From an uncultured bacterium (GTDB lineage Bacteria; CAYJRR01), in contig CAYJRR010000032.1 in assembly GCA_964372275.1 (NCBI GenBank), forward strand, positions 1-38,466: a stretch of 38,466 nt of DNA, in the 5' to 3' direction. Every line of letters starts with the position of its first letter. The first letter of the stretch is position 1. The position numbers were made by a program, and so were the translations under genes. The notes beneath the pieces are model-generated. The model searched no databases. It saw nothing but the letters and a program-made list of their open reading frames with translations, and was not told where the DNA came from. Positions 28,406 through 37,443 of this stretch are shown here, one piece after another.

Positions 28406-30568
28406 ATGCGCCAGGTCGACCTCCTCTTCGGGATCCACGACCATCAGCCGGTCGGGAACTTCGGTCACGTCTTCCGCGACGCCTACGACCGCTGCTACCG
28501 CCCGTTCCTCGACGTCTTCGCCCAGTATCCGAAGGTGAAGGCGTCGATCCACACTTCCGGCCCGCTCCTGGAGTGGCTGGAGGCGAACGAGCCCGGCTAC
28601 CTCGATCTCCTTCGGGCACTGGTCGCGGCGGGACGCGTCGAGATCCTCGGTGGCGGCTTCTACGAGCCGATCCTCCCCATGCTCCACGAGCGCGACGCGG
28701 TCGGGCAGCTGAAGCGCATGTCGGCGTGGACCGAGGCGCGGCTGGGGGTGCGGCCGACGGGCCTGTGGCTCGCCGAGCGGGTCTGGGATCCGACGCTTCC
28801 GCGCGTGGTGCGCCGGGCCGACCTCCGCTTCACCGTGCTCGACGACACGCACTTCCGCGCGGCGGGCCTCCGGGACGACCAGATGGTCGGCTACTACCTC
28901 ACCGAGCGTGAGGGGGAGGCGATCGGCGTCTATCCGATCGACAAGAACCTCCGCTACAAAATCCCGTTCGCGCCGCCGGCCGAGGTGATCGACTACCTGC
29001 GGAGCGTCGCGCGCGAGCCGTCCGAAGGGCAGCCGGTGCCGGCCGTGACCTACGCCGACGACGGGGAGAAGTTCGGGCTGTGGCCCGACACCTACCGCTG
29101 GGTGTTCGACGAATCGTGGCTCGCACGCTTTTTCCAGGCGCTGACCGACAACGCCGACTGGTTGCACACCCGGACCTTGGGCGAACACTTCGCCGCGTCG
29201 GCGCCGACCGGACGCCTCTACCTCCCGACCGCCTCCTACGACGAGATGATGGAGTGGGCGCTCCCCGCCGAACGGATCCCCGAGTACGAGCGGGCGGTGC
29301 ACGAAGGTGGGGCGGCGAAGCCGTTCGTTCGCGGCGGGTTCTGGCCGAACTTCCTGGTGAAATATCCCGAGTCGAACTGGATGGCCAAGCGCGCCGCGCA
29401 CGTCTCCGGCCAGGTCGCCAAGGCGATGGGCGGGGACGCCGCGGTGGTGGCCGCCGCCGGCTCACCCCCGGAGATGCTGCGCGATCTGTGGCGGGCGCAG
29501 TGCAACTGCGGCTACTGGCACGGGCTGTTCGGCGGTCTCTACCTCAACTACATCCGTCACGAGAACTTCTCGAACCTGATCCGCGCCGGCCGGGTGGTTG
29601 CGGAGACGCTCCGGTCGCGCGAGGACCACCTGGAGCACGAGATCGTCGACCTGGACCGCGACGGGCATGACGAGATCGCGATCACCGGCAACGAGCTCAA
29701 CGCCTTCCTGGCGCCGGACTACGGCGGCTCGCTGGTCGAGCTCGACCTGACGAAGAAGGCGTTCCATCTCTCGAACCTGCTCGCGCGCCGCGTCGAGCCC
29801 TACCACGCGAAGCTGGCCGAGGCCGAAGGGACGTCGGACACGGGCGGTCCGCCGAAGACGATCCACGATCGGGTGCGGGTGAAGGAGCCGGGGTTGGCCA
29901 AGCGGCTCGTCTACGACCGCTACCTCCGCCACTCCTTCCTCGACCACCTGCTCGCGCTCGACACGACGCTGGAACGGTTCGCCGGCCAGCGCTACCACGA
30001 GACGGCGTGGCTCGCGGGCAGCCGGTATCGCCTGGACCGACGCGACTTCGGCGGGACGCTCGAAACCTGCACCGTCGCGCTCTCGCGGCGGACGGAGGCG
30101 GAGGCGAGCGGCGGCCGTCGCCTGCCGATCGAGCTGACCAAGACCTACCATCTCTCCCGGCGGAGTCCCTCGGTCGAGGTGCACTACCGGCTCGTCAACC
30201 GCGGGGAGTTCCCGGCGCAACTCCTCTTCGCGACCGAGCTCAACCTGTCGCTCCTGGCCGGAAACGCGCCCGATCGCTACTACGACGTCCCGGACCGCAC
30301 GCTCGAAGACCGGCGTCTCGCGAGCGAAGGCAGCCTCGACGGGGCCGAGGCGATCGACCTGGTCGACGAATGGAGCGGCATCCGGGTGATGCTCCGCTTC
30401 TCGCCGACGCGCGCGCTGTGGCGGCATCCGGTGGAGACCGTTTCCCAGTCGGAAGGGGGCTTCGAAGCCACCTACCAGGGATCCTGTCTCGTCCCGACCT
30501 GGCCGGTGGCGCTTTCGCCCGGGGAGTCGGCGGAGCGGTCCGTGCGGCTGGAGATCGCGTCGACGTGA
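28406..30568 (+). CDS. GH57 alpha-amylase / 4-alpha-glucanotransferase (DUF1925/DUF1926-type C-terminus)
   Basis: GH57 conserved regions HDHQP, GGGFYEPIL, GLWLAERVW (nucleophile Glu), DDGEKFG (acid/base Asp), AQCNCGYWHG; C-terminal SQSEGGFE. Confidence 0.92.
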   Translation: MRQVDLLFGIHDHQPVGNFGHVFRDAYDRCYRPFLDVFAQYPKVKASIHTSGPLLEWLEANEPGYLDLLRALVAAGRVEILGGGFYEPILPMLHERDAVGQLKRMSAWTEARLGVRPTGLWLAERVWDPTLPRVVRRADLRFTVLDDTHFRAAGLRDDQMVGYYLTEREGEAIGVYPIDKNLRYKIPFAPPAEVIDYLRSVAREPSEGQPVPAVTYADDGEKFGLWPDTYRWVFDESWLARFFQALTDNADWLHTRTLGEHFAASAPTGRLYLPTASYDEMMEWALPAERIPEYERAVHEGGAAKPFVRGGFWPNFLVKYPESNWMAKRAAHVSGQVAKAMGGDAAVVAAAGSPPEMLRDLWRAQCNCGYWHGLFGGLYLNYIRHENFSNLIRAGRVVAETLRSREDHLEHEIVDLDRDGHDEIAITGNELNAFLAPDYGGSLVELDLTKKAFHLSNLLARRVEPYHAKLAEAEGTSDTGGPPKTIHDRVRVKEPGLAKRLVYDRYLRHSFLDHLLALDTTLERFAGQRYHETAWLAGSRYRLDRRDFGGTLETCTVALSRRTEAEASGGRRLPIELTKTYHLSRRSPSVEVHYRLVNRGEFPAQLLFATELNLSLLAGNAPDRYYDVPDRTLEDRRLASEGSLDGAEAIDLVDEWSGIRVMLRFSPTRALWRHPVETVSQSEGGFEATYQGSCLVPTWPVALSPGESAERSVRLEIAST

Positions 30569-31002
30569 ACGATCCGCGCACGCGACCCTCGGAGGCGGGC
30601 GTCTCGCGTGCCCCGCGGGTCCTGGTCGCGATCACCGACCTTTTCTTCTCGTCCAAGATCGACGCGGCACTCGCGGCGGCGCCGTCCGCACCCGGCTCGA
30701 CGGGCGCCCCGCCGTCGGGTCTCCCAGCGGAGGGCCCGGTCGCGCGGGCCCGGCGCGACGTGCCCCTCATCGACCAGCTCCGCGCTTCCGGCGCGCGGCG
30801 ATTGCTCGTCGACCTGGCCGGGCCCCGTGCGATCGACGCCGTCCGCGAAATCAAAGCCGATCCCGCGCTGCGGTCGGTCGAGGTCGTCGGCTATTGCCGC
30901 CACACCGCGCTCGCCACAATCGAGGCGGCGAAGGCGGCGGGCTGCGACCGCGTCCTGACGCAAGGGGAGTTTGCTGCGCAGCTCGCGGAGCTCCTGGCGT
31001 GA
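30565..31002 (+). CDS. atypical stand-alone CheY-like receiver protein
   Basis: RVLVAITDLFFSSKI...LLVDL...VVGYCRH...AKAAGCDRVL; coupled by GTGA overlaps on both sides. Confidence 0.7.
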   Translation: MNDPRTRPSEAGVSRAPRVLVAITDLFFSSKIDAALAAAPSAPGSTGAPPSGLPAEGPVARARRDVPLIDQLRASGARRLLVDLAGPRAIDAVREIKADPALRSVEVVGYCRHTALATIEAAKAAGCDRVLTQGEFAAQLAELLA

Positions 31003-31865
31003 GGATCGGTCCCTACCTCGTCCGATCGATCGACACCGGGACGCTCCGGCTCGACGGCGGGGCGATGTTCGGCACGGTCCCCCGCGTGCTGTGGGAAAAG
31101 GGGGATCGGCCCGACGAGCGGAACCGGATCGAGCTGGCCGCGCGCTGTCTCTACCTCGAAGGGATGAACCGGCGAGTGCTGGTCGATACCGGGCTGGGGG
31201 AGAAGTGGACCGAGACCGAGCGCGACCGGTTCGACTTGCGAACCGTCCCCGGCGGGGCGCGCGGCGCGGTCGCCGCGGCGGGGATCGACCCCGACTCGGT
31301 CACCGACGTGATCCTCACCCACCTCCATTTCGACCACGCCGGCGGGGCGACGCGGGCCGACGGCGATGGCCGGCTCGTCCCGTCGTTCCCGAACGCGCGC
31401 TACCACCTGCAGCGCCGCAACCTGGAGTGGGCACGCCGGCCGAACGACCGCGAGCGGGCGAGCTACCGGCCGGAAAACTTCGAGCCGCTGGCGGAGGCCG
31501 ACCGGTTCGTCCTGCGGGACGGGCCGTGCGACATTCTCCCCGGGGTGCAGGCGGTGGTTTCGGACGGACACACCGAGGGGATGCAGCTCGTCCGGGTGGT
31601 CGGCGAGGACGAGTCGGGCGATCCGGTCGAGCTGTGGTACACCGCCGACCTGGTGCCGACCAGCTCCCACGTCCCGCTTCCGTGGATCGCCGCCTACGAC
31701 CTCCGCGCGTCGACGAGCCTGGAGGAGAAGCGCGCGCTCCTCGACGGGATCGCGGGCCGCAACGCCTGGTTGTTCTACGAGCACGATCCCCGGATCGCGG
31801 CCTCGCGCGTGGTCCGGGAGACGGGGAAGCATCGCGCGGTCGACGGCGTGGGGGGGCTCTCATGA
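30999..31865 (+). CDS. MBL-fold metallo-hydrolase, YtnP-like lactonase family
   Basis: RLDGGAMFGTVPRVLW, LVDTGLG, THLHFDHAGG, FPNARY, GHTEG, ADLVPT..H, YEHDP. Confidence 0.88.
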   Translation: MRIGPYLVRSIDTGTLRLDGGAMFGTVPRVLWEKGDRPDERNRIELAARCLYLEGMNRRVLVDTGLGEKWTETERDRFDLRTVPGGARGAVAAAGIDPDSVTDVILTHLHFDHAGGATRADGDGRLVPSFPNARYHLQRRNLEWARRPNDRERASYRPENFEPLAEADRFVLRDGPCDILPGVQAVVSDGHTEGMQLVRVVGEDESGDPVELWYTADLVPTSSHVPLPWIAAYDLRASTSLEEKRALLDGIAGRNAWLFYEHDPRIAASRVVRETGKHRAVDGVGGLS

Positions 31866-31875
31866 AGGGGGCGGC

Positions 31876-32763
31876 GTGAGGCCGGCAGTCCCGATCGCCA
31901 TCCTCGGCGCCGGCCGTGTCGGCTCGGCGCTCGGGCGCCTGTGGGTTGACGGCGGCGAGACGGTCGCGATCTTCGCCAGCCGCCGGGCGGCGCGGGCACG
32001 CGCGGCGGCGGAGTTCTCGTCGGTGAAGCGATCGACGAACGACTTCGCCCTGGCGGCGACGGTCGGGCGGTGGGTGGTGCTGGCGGTCGTCGACGACGCC
32101 CTTCCGGCGGTGGTGGCGCGCCTCTCCCGGTCGCGCGTCGACTGGCGGGGGAAGGTGGTGCTGCACACCAGCGGCTACCACACCGCCGACGCGCTCGCGG
32201 TGCTTCGCCAGAAGGGGGCGCAGGTCGGGACGCTCCACCCGCTGATGGCGGTGGCCTCGCCGGAGGAAGGGCTGCGGCGCCTGCCGGGGGCGGCGTTCGC
32301 CGTCGACGGGACCCGCAAGGCGCTCGACGCGGCCGGGCGGCTGGCGCGCGCCGCCGGCGGCTGGGCGCTCCGCGTTCCGCCGGACGCCCGCGCCAGCTAC
32401 CACGCCGGCGCCGTCCTGGCCGCGAACTGCTCGGTGGCGCTGATCGACGCCGCCGCCGAGGTGATGCGCCGGGCCGGGATCCCGCGACGCCTGGCGCTGG
32501 CGGCGCTGGCGCCGCTGGTGCGCGGGTCGGTCGACTCGGTCTCGCGGCTGGGCCCTTCGCGGGGGTTGACCGGACCGGTGGCGCGCGGCGACGCGGCGAC
32601 CGTCGCCGGGCACCTGCGTGTACTCGACGGCGACACCGAGGAGATCTACCGTTGCCTGTCGAGGCGGATGATCGCCCTGGCCAACAAGGTCGATCCCAGG
32701 ATCGACCGGCGGTCGGTGGCGCGGATCCTGGGGAAGGCAAGGACCGAGTCGAAACGGCGGTAA
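31876..32763 (+). CDS. Rossmann-like / DUF2520 domain oxidoreductase
   Basis: IAILGAGRVG, LAVVDDA, HTSG, HPL, YHAGAVLAAN, LTGPVARGD. Confidence 0.88.
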   Translation: MRPAVPIAILGAGRVGSALGRLWVDGGETVAIFASRRAARARAAAEFSSVKRSTNDFALAATVGRWVVLAVVDDALPAVVARLSRSRVDWRGKVVLHTSGYHTADALAVLRQKGAQVGTLHPLMAVASPEEGLRRLPGAAFAVDGTRKALDAAGRLARAAGGWALRVPPDARASYHAGAVLAANCSVALIDAAAEVMRRAGIPRRLALAALAPLVRGSVDSVSRLGPSRGLTGPVARGDAATVAGHLRVLDGDTEEIYRCLSRRMIALANKVDPRIDRRSVARILGKARTESKRR

Positions 32764-32805
32764 CGTCCGACCGCGAGAATGGGGCGCGCGGGCGAAGGAG
32801 GACCG

Positions 32806-33990
32806 ATGGCGGATCGCGTGGTGCGGGTGACGCACAAGTCGTGGGGACAGCGGGTGGCGTCGTCGGTCGGCGGCGCGGTGGTCGGCCTCGTGCTGTTCGT
32901 CGGGAGCTTTCCCCTGCTGTGGTGGAACGAAGGCCGGTCGATCAAGACCTACAAGAGCCTGAACGAGGGGGCCGCCGCGGTCGCCTCGGTCTCCGCGGAA
33001 CAGGTCGATCCGGGCAACGACGGGAAACTGGTGCACGTGTCGGGAAAGGCGACGACCAACGAGACGTTGTCCGACCCCGATTTCGGTGTCGCCGCGCTCG
33101 CCATCCGCCTGGAGCGGCGGGTCTCGATGTATCAGTGGACCGAGTCCTCGAAGTCCGAGACCCGGAAGAAGCTGGGGGGCGGCGAGGAGACGGTGACCAC
33201 CTACTCGTACTCCAAGGAGTGGCGTGACGACGTCGTCGACTCGAGCGACTTCGAGGAACCGGCGGGGCACGAGAACCCCTCGCGGATGGACTACCCCGGA
33301 ACGCGCTGGCAGGCGGCCGGCGTGACCCTCGGCGCCTTCAGCCTCTCCGACTCGCTCAAGGGGAAGATCGACAAGCCCGAGCTGGTCGCGGTCGACGCCT
33401 CGACCCTTCCGGCGCTGCGGGAGAGGCTCGGTCGCAAGCCGTGGATCCAGGGGAGCGGGCTCTACCTCGGGGAGAATCCGGGCCAGCCGGCGATCGGCGA
33501 TCTGAACGTCTCCTTCTACAAGACCGCGCCGACCGAGGTCAGCCTGGTGGCGCGGCAGTCGGCGACCGGCTTCGTCCCGTGGACGAGCTCCAACGGGCGG
33601 GAGATCGAGCTCCTGACGCTGGGCACGGTTCCGGCCTCCTCGATGTTCGACGCCGCTCAACGAGAGAATACGTTTTTCACCTGGCTGCTCCGCGGCGGCG
33701 GATTCCTGCTGATGGCGATCGGGCTCGCGATGTTCAGTGGACCGCTGGCGGTGGTCGCCGACCTGATCCCGTTCGTCGGCTCGGTGGTGCGCGCCGGGAC
33801 CGGACTGGTCGCCTTCCTGATCGCCGTACCGCTCTCTGCCGGGACGATCGGCATCGCGTGGTTCTTCTACCGGCCGCTGGTGGCGATCCCGCTGCTGGTA
33901 GCCGCCGGGGCCGTGTCGTTCGGCGTCGGAAAGCTCGTCGCCAAGCGGCGGGCCGCGGCCCTGGCCACCGCAGGATCCGCGGGGACCTAA
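32806..33990 (+). CDS. TMEM43 (DUF1625) family membrane protein
   Basis: GAAGGAGG RBS; LLWWNEGR, NDGKLVHVSG, LSDPDFGV, LERRVSMYQW, YSYSKEW, GHENP, PAIGDL, TWLLR; one N-terminal and three C-terminal TM helices. Confidence 0.85.
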   Translation: MADRVVRVTHKSWGQRVASSVGGAVVGLVLFVGSFPLLWWNEGRSIKTYKSLNEGAAAVASVSAEQVDPGNDGKLVHVSGKATTNETLSDPDFGVAALAIRLERRVSMYQWTESSKSETRKKLGGGEETVTTYSYSKEWRDDVVDSSDFEEPAGHENPSRMDYPGTRWQAAGVTLGAFSLSDSLKGKIDKPELVAVDASTLPALRERLGRKPWIQGSGLYLGENPGQPAIGDLNVSFYKTAPTEVSLVARQSATGFVPWTSSNGREIELLTLGTVPASSMFDAAQRENTFFTWLLRGGGFLLMAIGLAMFSGPLAVVADLIPFVGSVVRAGTGLVAFLIAVPLSAGTIGIAWFFYRPLVAIPLLVAAGAVSFGVGKLVAKRRAAALATAGSAGT

Positions 33991-33997
33991 CGTAGCG

Positions 33998-34133
33998 GCG
34001 TCCGCGGTGGCGGTCGCGACCGAGGCCGTTCCCGTGGCCGAGGGATGACCCCGCTGTCGAACTCTTCGCAGAAGGGCCATCCCTCGGATTCGGCCGCGGG
34101 AACCGCCTCCGCTGCGACCGCGACCCCGGACGC
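33998..34133. repeat. long imperfect inverted repeat (~136-nt hairpin) between convergent genes
   Basis: 33998-34051 is the near reverse complement of 34074-34133, with isolated mismatches and one 6-nt bulge; the inner loop also pairs (CTGtCGAA-CTC-TTCGCAG). Confidence 0.85.
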
Positions 34134-34135
34134 GG

Positions 34136-35074
34136 TCACCGCCGTGGTGATCCCGAACGCAGCGTTTCGATCCACGTGGTGAGATCCGCCGGCAGCGGAC
34201 TCTCGAGATCGACCTTCTCTCCGGTGCGGGGATGCTCGAAGGCCAGCCGCGTCGCGTGCAGCGCCATTCTCGGCGGATCGAAGGCTGTCTGCGTGCCGTA
34301 GCGCCGGTCGCCGAGGACCGGGTGGCCGACCGAGAGGGCGTGCAGCCGGATCTGGTGGGTGCGGCCGGTCTCCAGGCGCGCACGGAGGAGCGTCGCCCGC
34401 TCCCCGAAGCGCTCCTCGACGGCGAGATGGGTGATGGCGCGGCGCCCGGAGAGGGGCCGATCGATCGACGCGATCGTCTCCGGGAAGCGCCCGACGACGA
34501 CGCCTCGGTACTCCCGCGTCAGGCGGTGGTCGCGAAAGAGCGCGGCGAGGGCCCGGTTGGTATCGTCGTTCTTGGCGAAGACCAACAACCCGCTCGTCTC
34601 CAGGTCGATCCGGTGCACGACGAAGATCGCGCGGCGCGGGGCGCGTTCGCGGCGTTCCTTCGGCGCGAGCCCGCGGCGGGCGAGGAGGTCGGCCAGGTTG
34701 TTGCGGTCGCTCTCCGGCGTCGGCGCGGCCAGGAGCCCCGACGGCTTGTCGACGACGACCAGGTCGTCGTCCTCCAGGACGACGCGGAAGGACGGCAGCT
34801 TCGCTTCGTCGCGGGCGCGGGCGGCGCCGCCGACGGCGGCGGTCGCGCGGGCGAGAACCGATCCGACCACCGCCTCGACCGTCTGGCCGGCGCGCATCGT
34901 CCGCCCGGCGACCTTCACCCGCGCGCGATCGACGAAGACGCCGCCCAGGTCGAGCAGCACCCGCGCCTGCCTCCGCGAGAGCCCCGGCACGCGCGCCGCG
35001 AGAACCTGGTCGAGCCGCCGCCCCGCGTCGGCGCGCTCCACGATGAAGCGGATCTTTCGTGGCGTCCCGGCCAC
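34136..35074 (-). CDS. RluA-family pseudouridine synthase with S4 domain (RluD/RluC-like)
   Basis: S4 (GRRLDQVLA..VPGLSRRQAR..LDLGGVFVD), VVDKPSGL, catalytic HRIDLETSG, LETGRTHQIRLH...GHPVLGDRRYG, MALHA; GTG 35074 begins 1 nt after the radical SAM stop. Confidence 0.93.
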   Translation of the reverse strand: MAGTPRKIRFIVERADAGRRLDQVLAARVPGLSRRQARVLLDLGGVFVDRARVKVAGRTMRAGQTVEAVVGSVLARATAAVGGAARARDEAKLPSFRVVLEDDDLVVVDKPSGLLAAPTPESDRNNLADLLARRGLAPKERRERAPRRAIFVVHRIDLETSGLLVFAKNDDTNRALAALFRDHRLTREYRGVVVGRFPETIASIDRPLSGRRAITHLAVEERFGERATLLRARLETGRTHQIRLHALSVGHPVLGDRRYGTQTAFDPPRMALHATRLAFEHPRTGEKVDLESPLPADLTTWIETLRSGSPRR

Positions 35075-35075
35075 G

Positions 35076-36971
35076 TTAGGCGGGTGGTTCGAAAGACGCC
35101 GTCCGATCGAGGGCCCGTCGCGAGGCGAGCGACGGTCGTGCCGTGCGCGGCGGCCGGGACATCGTCCGTGTGCGCCGATCCGCCGCCCGGAGCCCCTCGG
35201 TGGCGTCGACCTCTTCGGGGTCGAGCGCGAGCGCTCGCTCGAAGGCGCGACGCGCGTCCGCCGGATGGCCGGCCTCGAGCCACGCCTTTCCAATCACCGC
35301 ATGAGCGCCGGCGTATCGCGGAAGGAGCTCGACCACCCGGTCGTACAGGGAGAGGGCGGCCTCGGGGCGCCCCTCCTTGCGCAGGACGTTGCCCAGCCGA
35401 AGCGGAGCCCAGAAGTTGTCCGGCTCGCGGCGCCGGAGTCGCTCGTACACCGCCCGGGCCGCCGCGAAGTCGCGCCGTTCCTCGTGCCACCAACCCTCGT
35501 GGAGGTCGGTCGCGAACGCCTCCCCGCCGCGCGCGCGGTGGGCGGCGAAGTCGGCCGGACCGAAGCGCCGCGCGCGACCGACGCGCGCGATCTCGGCCAG
35601 CATCCGCGCTTGAGCCCGGTCGCCGAAACGGTCGTCGCGGGCCCAGACGCTTCCGCGCCGGTCGGTCTCCCAGAACCGGTCGTCGAGGCCTCGTTCCCTG
35701 GCGTACTCCTCCCACACGCCGGTCCCGGGATAGACCGACAGCTTGGAGACGATCCCGTCGTTGGCGCCGACCTCCCGGATCACCGCGAGCGTCTGCTCGA
35801 CGTCCGACTCCTCCTCGCCGGGGACGCCGGTGATCAGATAGATCGACGGGATCACGCCGACCTCGCGCGAGTCGGCGATCGCCCCGCGCACGCGATCGAG
35901 GGAGATCCCCTTGGCGAGCGACCGGAGCACGCGCGGGCTGCCGCTCTCCACGCCGTACTGGATGTGCCCGCAGCCGGCTCGTCGCAGCGCCTGCAGGCGG
36001 GGCGGATCGATGCAGTTCACACGGCTCTGGCAGTCCCAGAGCAGGTAGAGCTTCGACTCGCGGATGGCATCGCAGATCTCGATCGCGCGCGTCGGATCGG
36101 CGGTGAAGGTGTCGTCGCGGAACGAGACGTAGACCAGGCCGACGGTGTCCCGCAGGAAGCGCAGCTCGTCGACGACGTCCTGCGGAGAGCGGTAGCGGAC
36201 GGCGCGTCCCCAGAACATCGGCGAGTCGCAGAAGGTGCAGACGGCCGGGCATCCACGGCTGGTGAGCACGTACTGGAGCTGGGCCGCCCGGTCGACCCCG
36301 AACGCATCGTAGTGGCGCGAGGGATGGGGCAGGTGATCGAGGTTGGCGATCGCGGCCCTCGGCACGGTGGCGGCGGGGCGGCCGTCGAGGCGATGGACGA
36401 TCCCGTCGACGCCGGAAAGGGGGCGACCCGCGCGAAGAGCATCGGCGAGGTCGGCCGCGGTGACCTCCCCCTCGCCCAGCGCCACCACGTCGACCTCCGG
36501 ATGGTGTTCGAGGACGGTCGTCGCGAGCGGCGTGACGTGCGGACCTCCGACGACGACCGTCGTGTCGCGCCGCGCCTCCTTCGCCATCCGCGCAAGCCGC
36601 CACGAGACGCCCCGGTTGAAGGTGTAGACGGTGATCCCGACCAACTCGGCCCGCTCGCGGGCGAGATAGTCCCGCACTTCGGACCAGGGACGACCCGACA
36701 GGTTTCCGATGGCGCAGTCGTAGCCCCGGGCGCGCAGCGCGGCGTTGATGTAGCCCAAGCCCAGCGGGGTCATCCTCGCGAAGAAGTCCCCCGCGGAGGC
36801 GTCCTCGCAGCGATAGAGGAGACGGATGCGGAACGAAGACGGAGCGCGGGTCTCGCGTGGGCCCGTGGCTCCGTCGCGCCGTGGCGCACGAATCGGCGCA
36901 GGCTCATCTCGCCGCGCTGGCAGCTGGACCAGCGCCGGCGAATCGGCGGGGTGGGGCGTCTTGCAGGACAC
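35076..36971 (-). CDS. B12-binding (class B) radical SAM enzyme with C-terminal TPR repeats
   Basis: PLGLGYINAAL, LVGIT, VVGGPHVT, GEGE (cobalamin domain); SRGCPAVCTFC (CxxxCxxC); GVESGS; TPRs (LGNVLRKEGRPEAALSLYDRVVELLP, AFERALALDPE). Start probably GTG 36971. Confidence 0.9.
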   Translation of the reverse strand: MSCKTPHPADSPALVQLPARRDEPAPIRAPRRDGATGPRETRAPSSFRIRLLYRCEDASAGDFFARMTPLGLGYINAALRARGYDCAIGNLSGRPWSEVRDYLARERAELVGITVYTFNRGVSWRLARMAKEARRDTTVVVGGPHVTPLATTVLEHHPEVDVVALGEGEVTAADLADALRAGRPLSGVDGIVHRLDGRPAATVPRAAIANLDHLPHPSRHYDAFGVDRAAQLQYVLTSRGCPAVCTFCDSPMFWGRAVRYRSPQDVVDELRFLRDTVGLVYVSFRDDTFTADPTRAIEICDAIRESKLYLLWDCQSRVNCIDPPRLQALRRAGCGHIQYGVESGSPRVLRSLAKGISLDRVRGAIADSREVGVIPSIYLITGVPGEEESDVEQTLAVIREVGANDGIVSKLSVYPGTGVWEEYARERGLDDRFWETDRRGSVWARDDRFGDRAQARMLAEIARVGRARRFGPADFAAHRARGGEAFATDLHEGWWHEERRDFAAARAVYERLRRREPDNFWAPLRLGNVLRKEGRPEAALSLYDRVVELLPRYAGAHAVIGKAWLEAGHPADARRAFERALALDPEEVDATEGLRAADRRTRTMSRPPRTARPSLASRRALDRTASFEPPA

Positions 36972-36978
36972 GGGGCCG

Positions 36979-37305
36979 CTACCCCGCCGCCGCGATGCGC
37001 GAGCGCGGACGGGCGGCGCCCGCGAGGGTCGGACCGGCGTGCACGACGCCGGCCGGCGCCGTGGACGCAAGCGCCGAACCGGAGTGCGCCGGTCCGTGCG
37101 CCGAACCGGCCACACGATGCGCCGCCTGGATCCCGCGCTCCCGTTCCCGGCGGTCGTGGGCCGGAGGCCGATGGGCGTCGCGGCTGGCGAGGTCGAGCTC
37201 CGCGACGATCTCGTCGAGCTGGTGATAGGCCGCCAGGAGGCGATCGGCGTCGATCGCCGCGGACACCTGCTCGAGCTTCACGATCAGACGCTGGTCACCG
37301 GTCAT
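36979..37305 (-). CDS. 108-aa hypothetical protein (helical N-terminus, His/Ala-rich tail)
   Basis: GGAGAG RBS before the ATG, directly downstream of a sigma54 element, stop 7 nt before the probable radical SAM start. Confidence 0.6.
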   Translation of the reverse strand: MTGDQRLIVKLEQVSAAIDADRLLAAYHQLDEIVAELDLASRDAHRPPAHDRRERERGIQAAHRVAGSAHGPAHSGSALASTAPAGVVHAGPTLAGAARPRSRIAAAG

Positions 37306-37343
37306 TCGACTCTCCGTCGCCTCAAAATGCGGCCGCGGGATTC

Positions 37344-37359
37344 TGCACTAGATGTGCCA
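37344..37359 (-). promoter_or_regulatory. sigma54 (-24/-12) promoter
   Basis: Minus strand TGGCACATCTAGTGCA = GG-N10-GC; predicted +1 near 37333, ~28 nt before ATG 37305. Confidence 0.65.
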
Positions 37360-37443
37360 CGGGTCAAGCTTTTCCGCGTGTCGGGACGGGCGCCCAACGC
37401 CGGAAAATCCTGATGGAATCCGGCCTTCGGTACGATTCACCGT

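Noticed and set aside
26390..31865. Anti-phage defence system (SMC-like ATPase plus MBL hydrolase, Lamassu/Wadjet-like)
   Set aside because: No adjacent effector or kleisin-like genes, the MBL protein is of the YtnP type, and composition and context look like core genome.
33987..34175. 62-aa minus-strand ORF across the hairpin
   Set aside because: Overlaps the RluA 3' end, has no clear RBS, and is better explained by the GC-rich inverted repeat.
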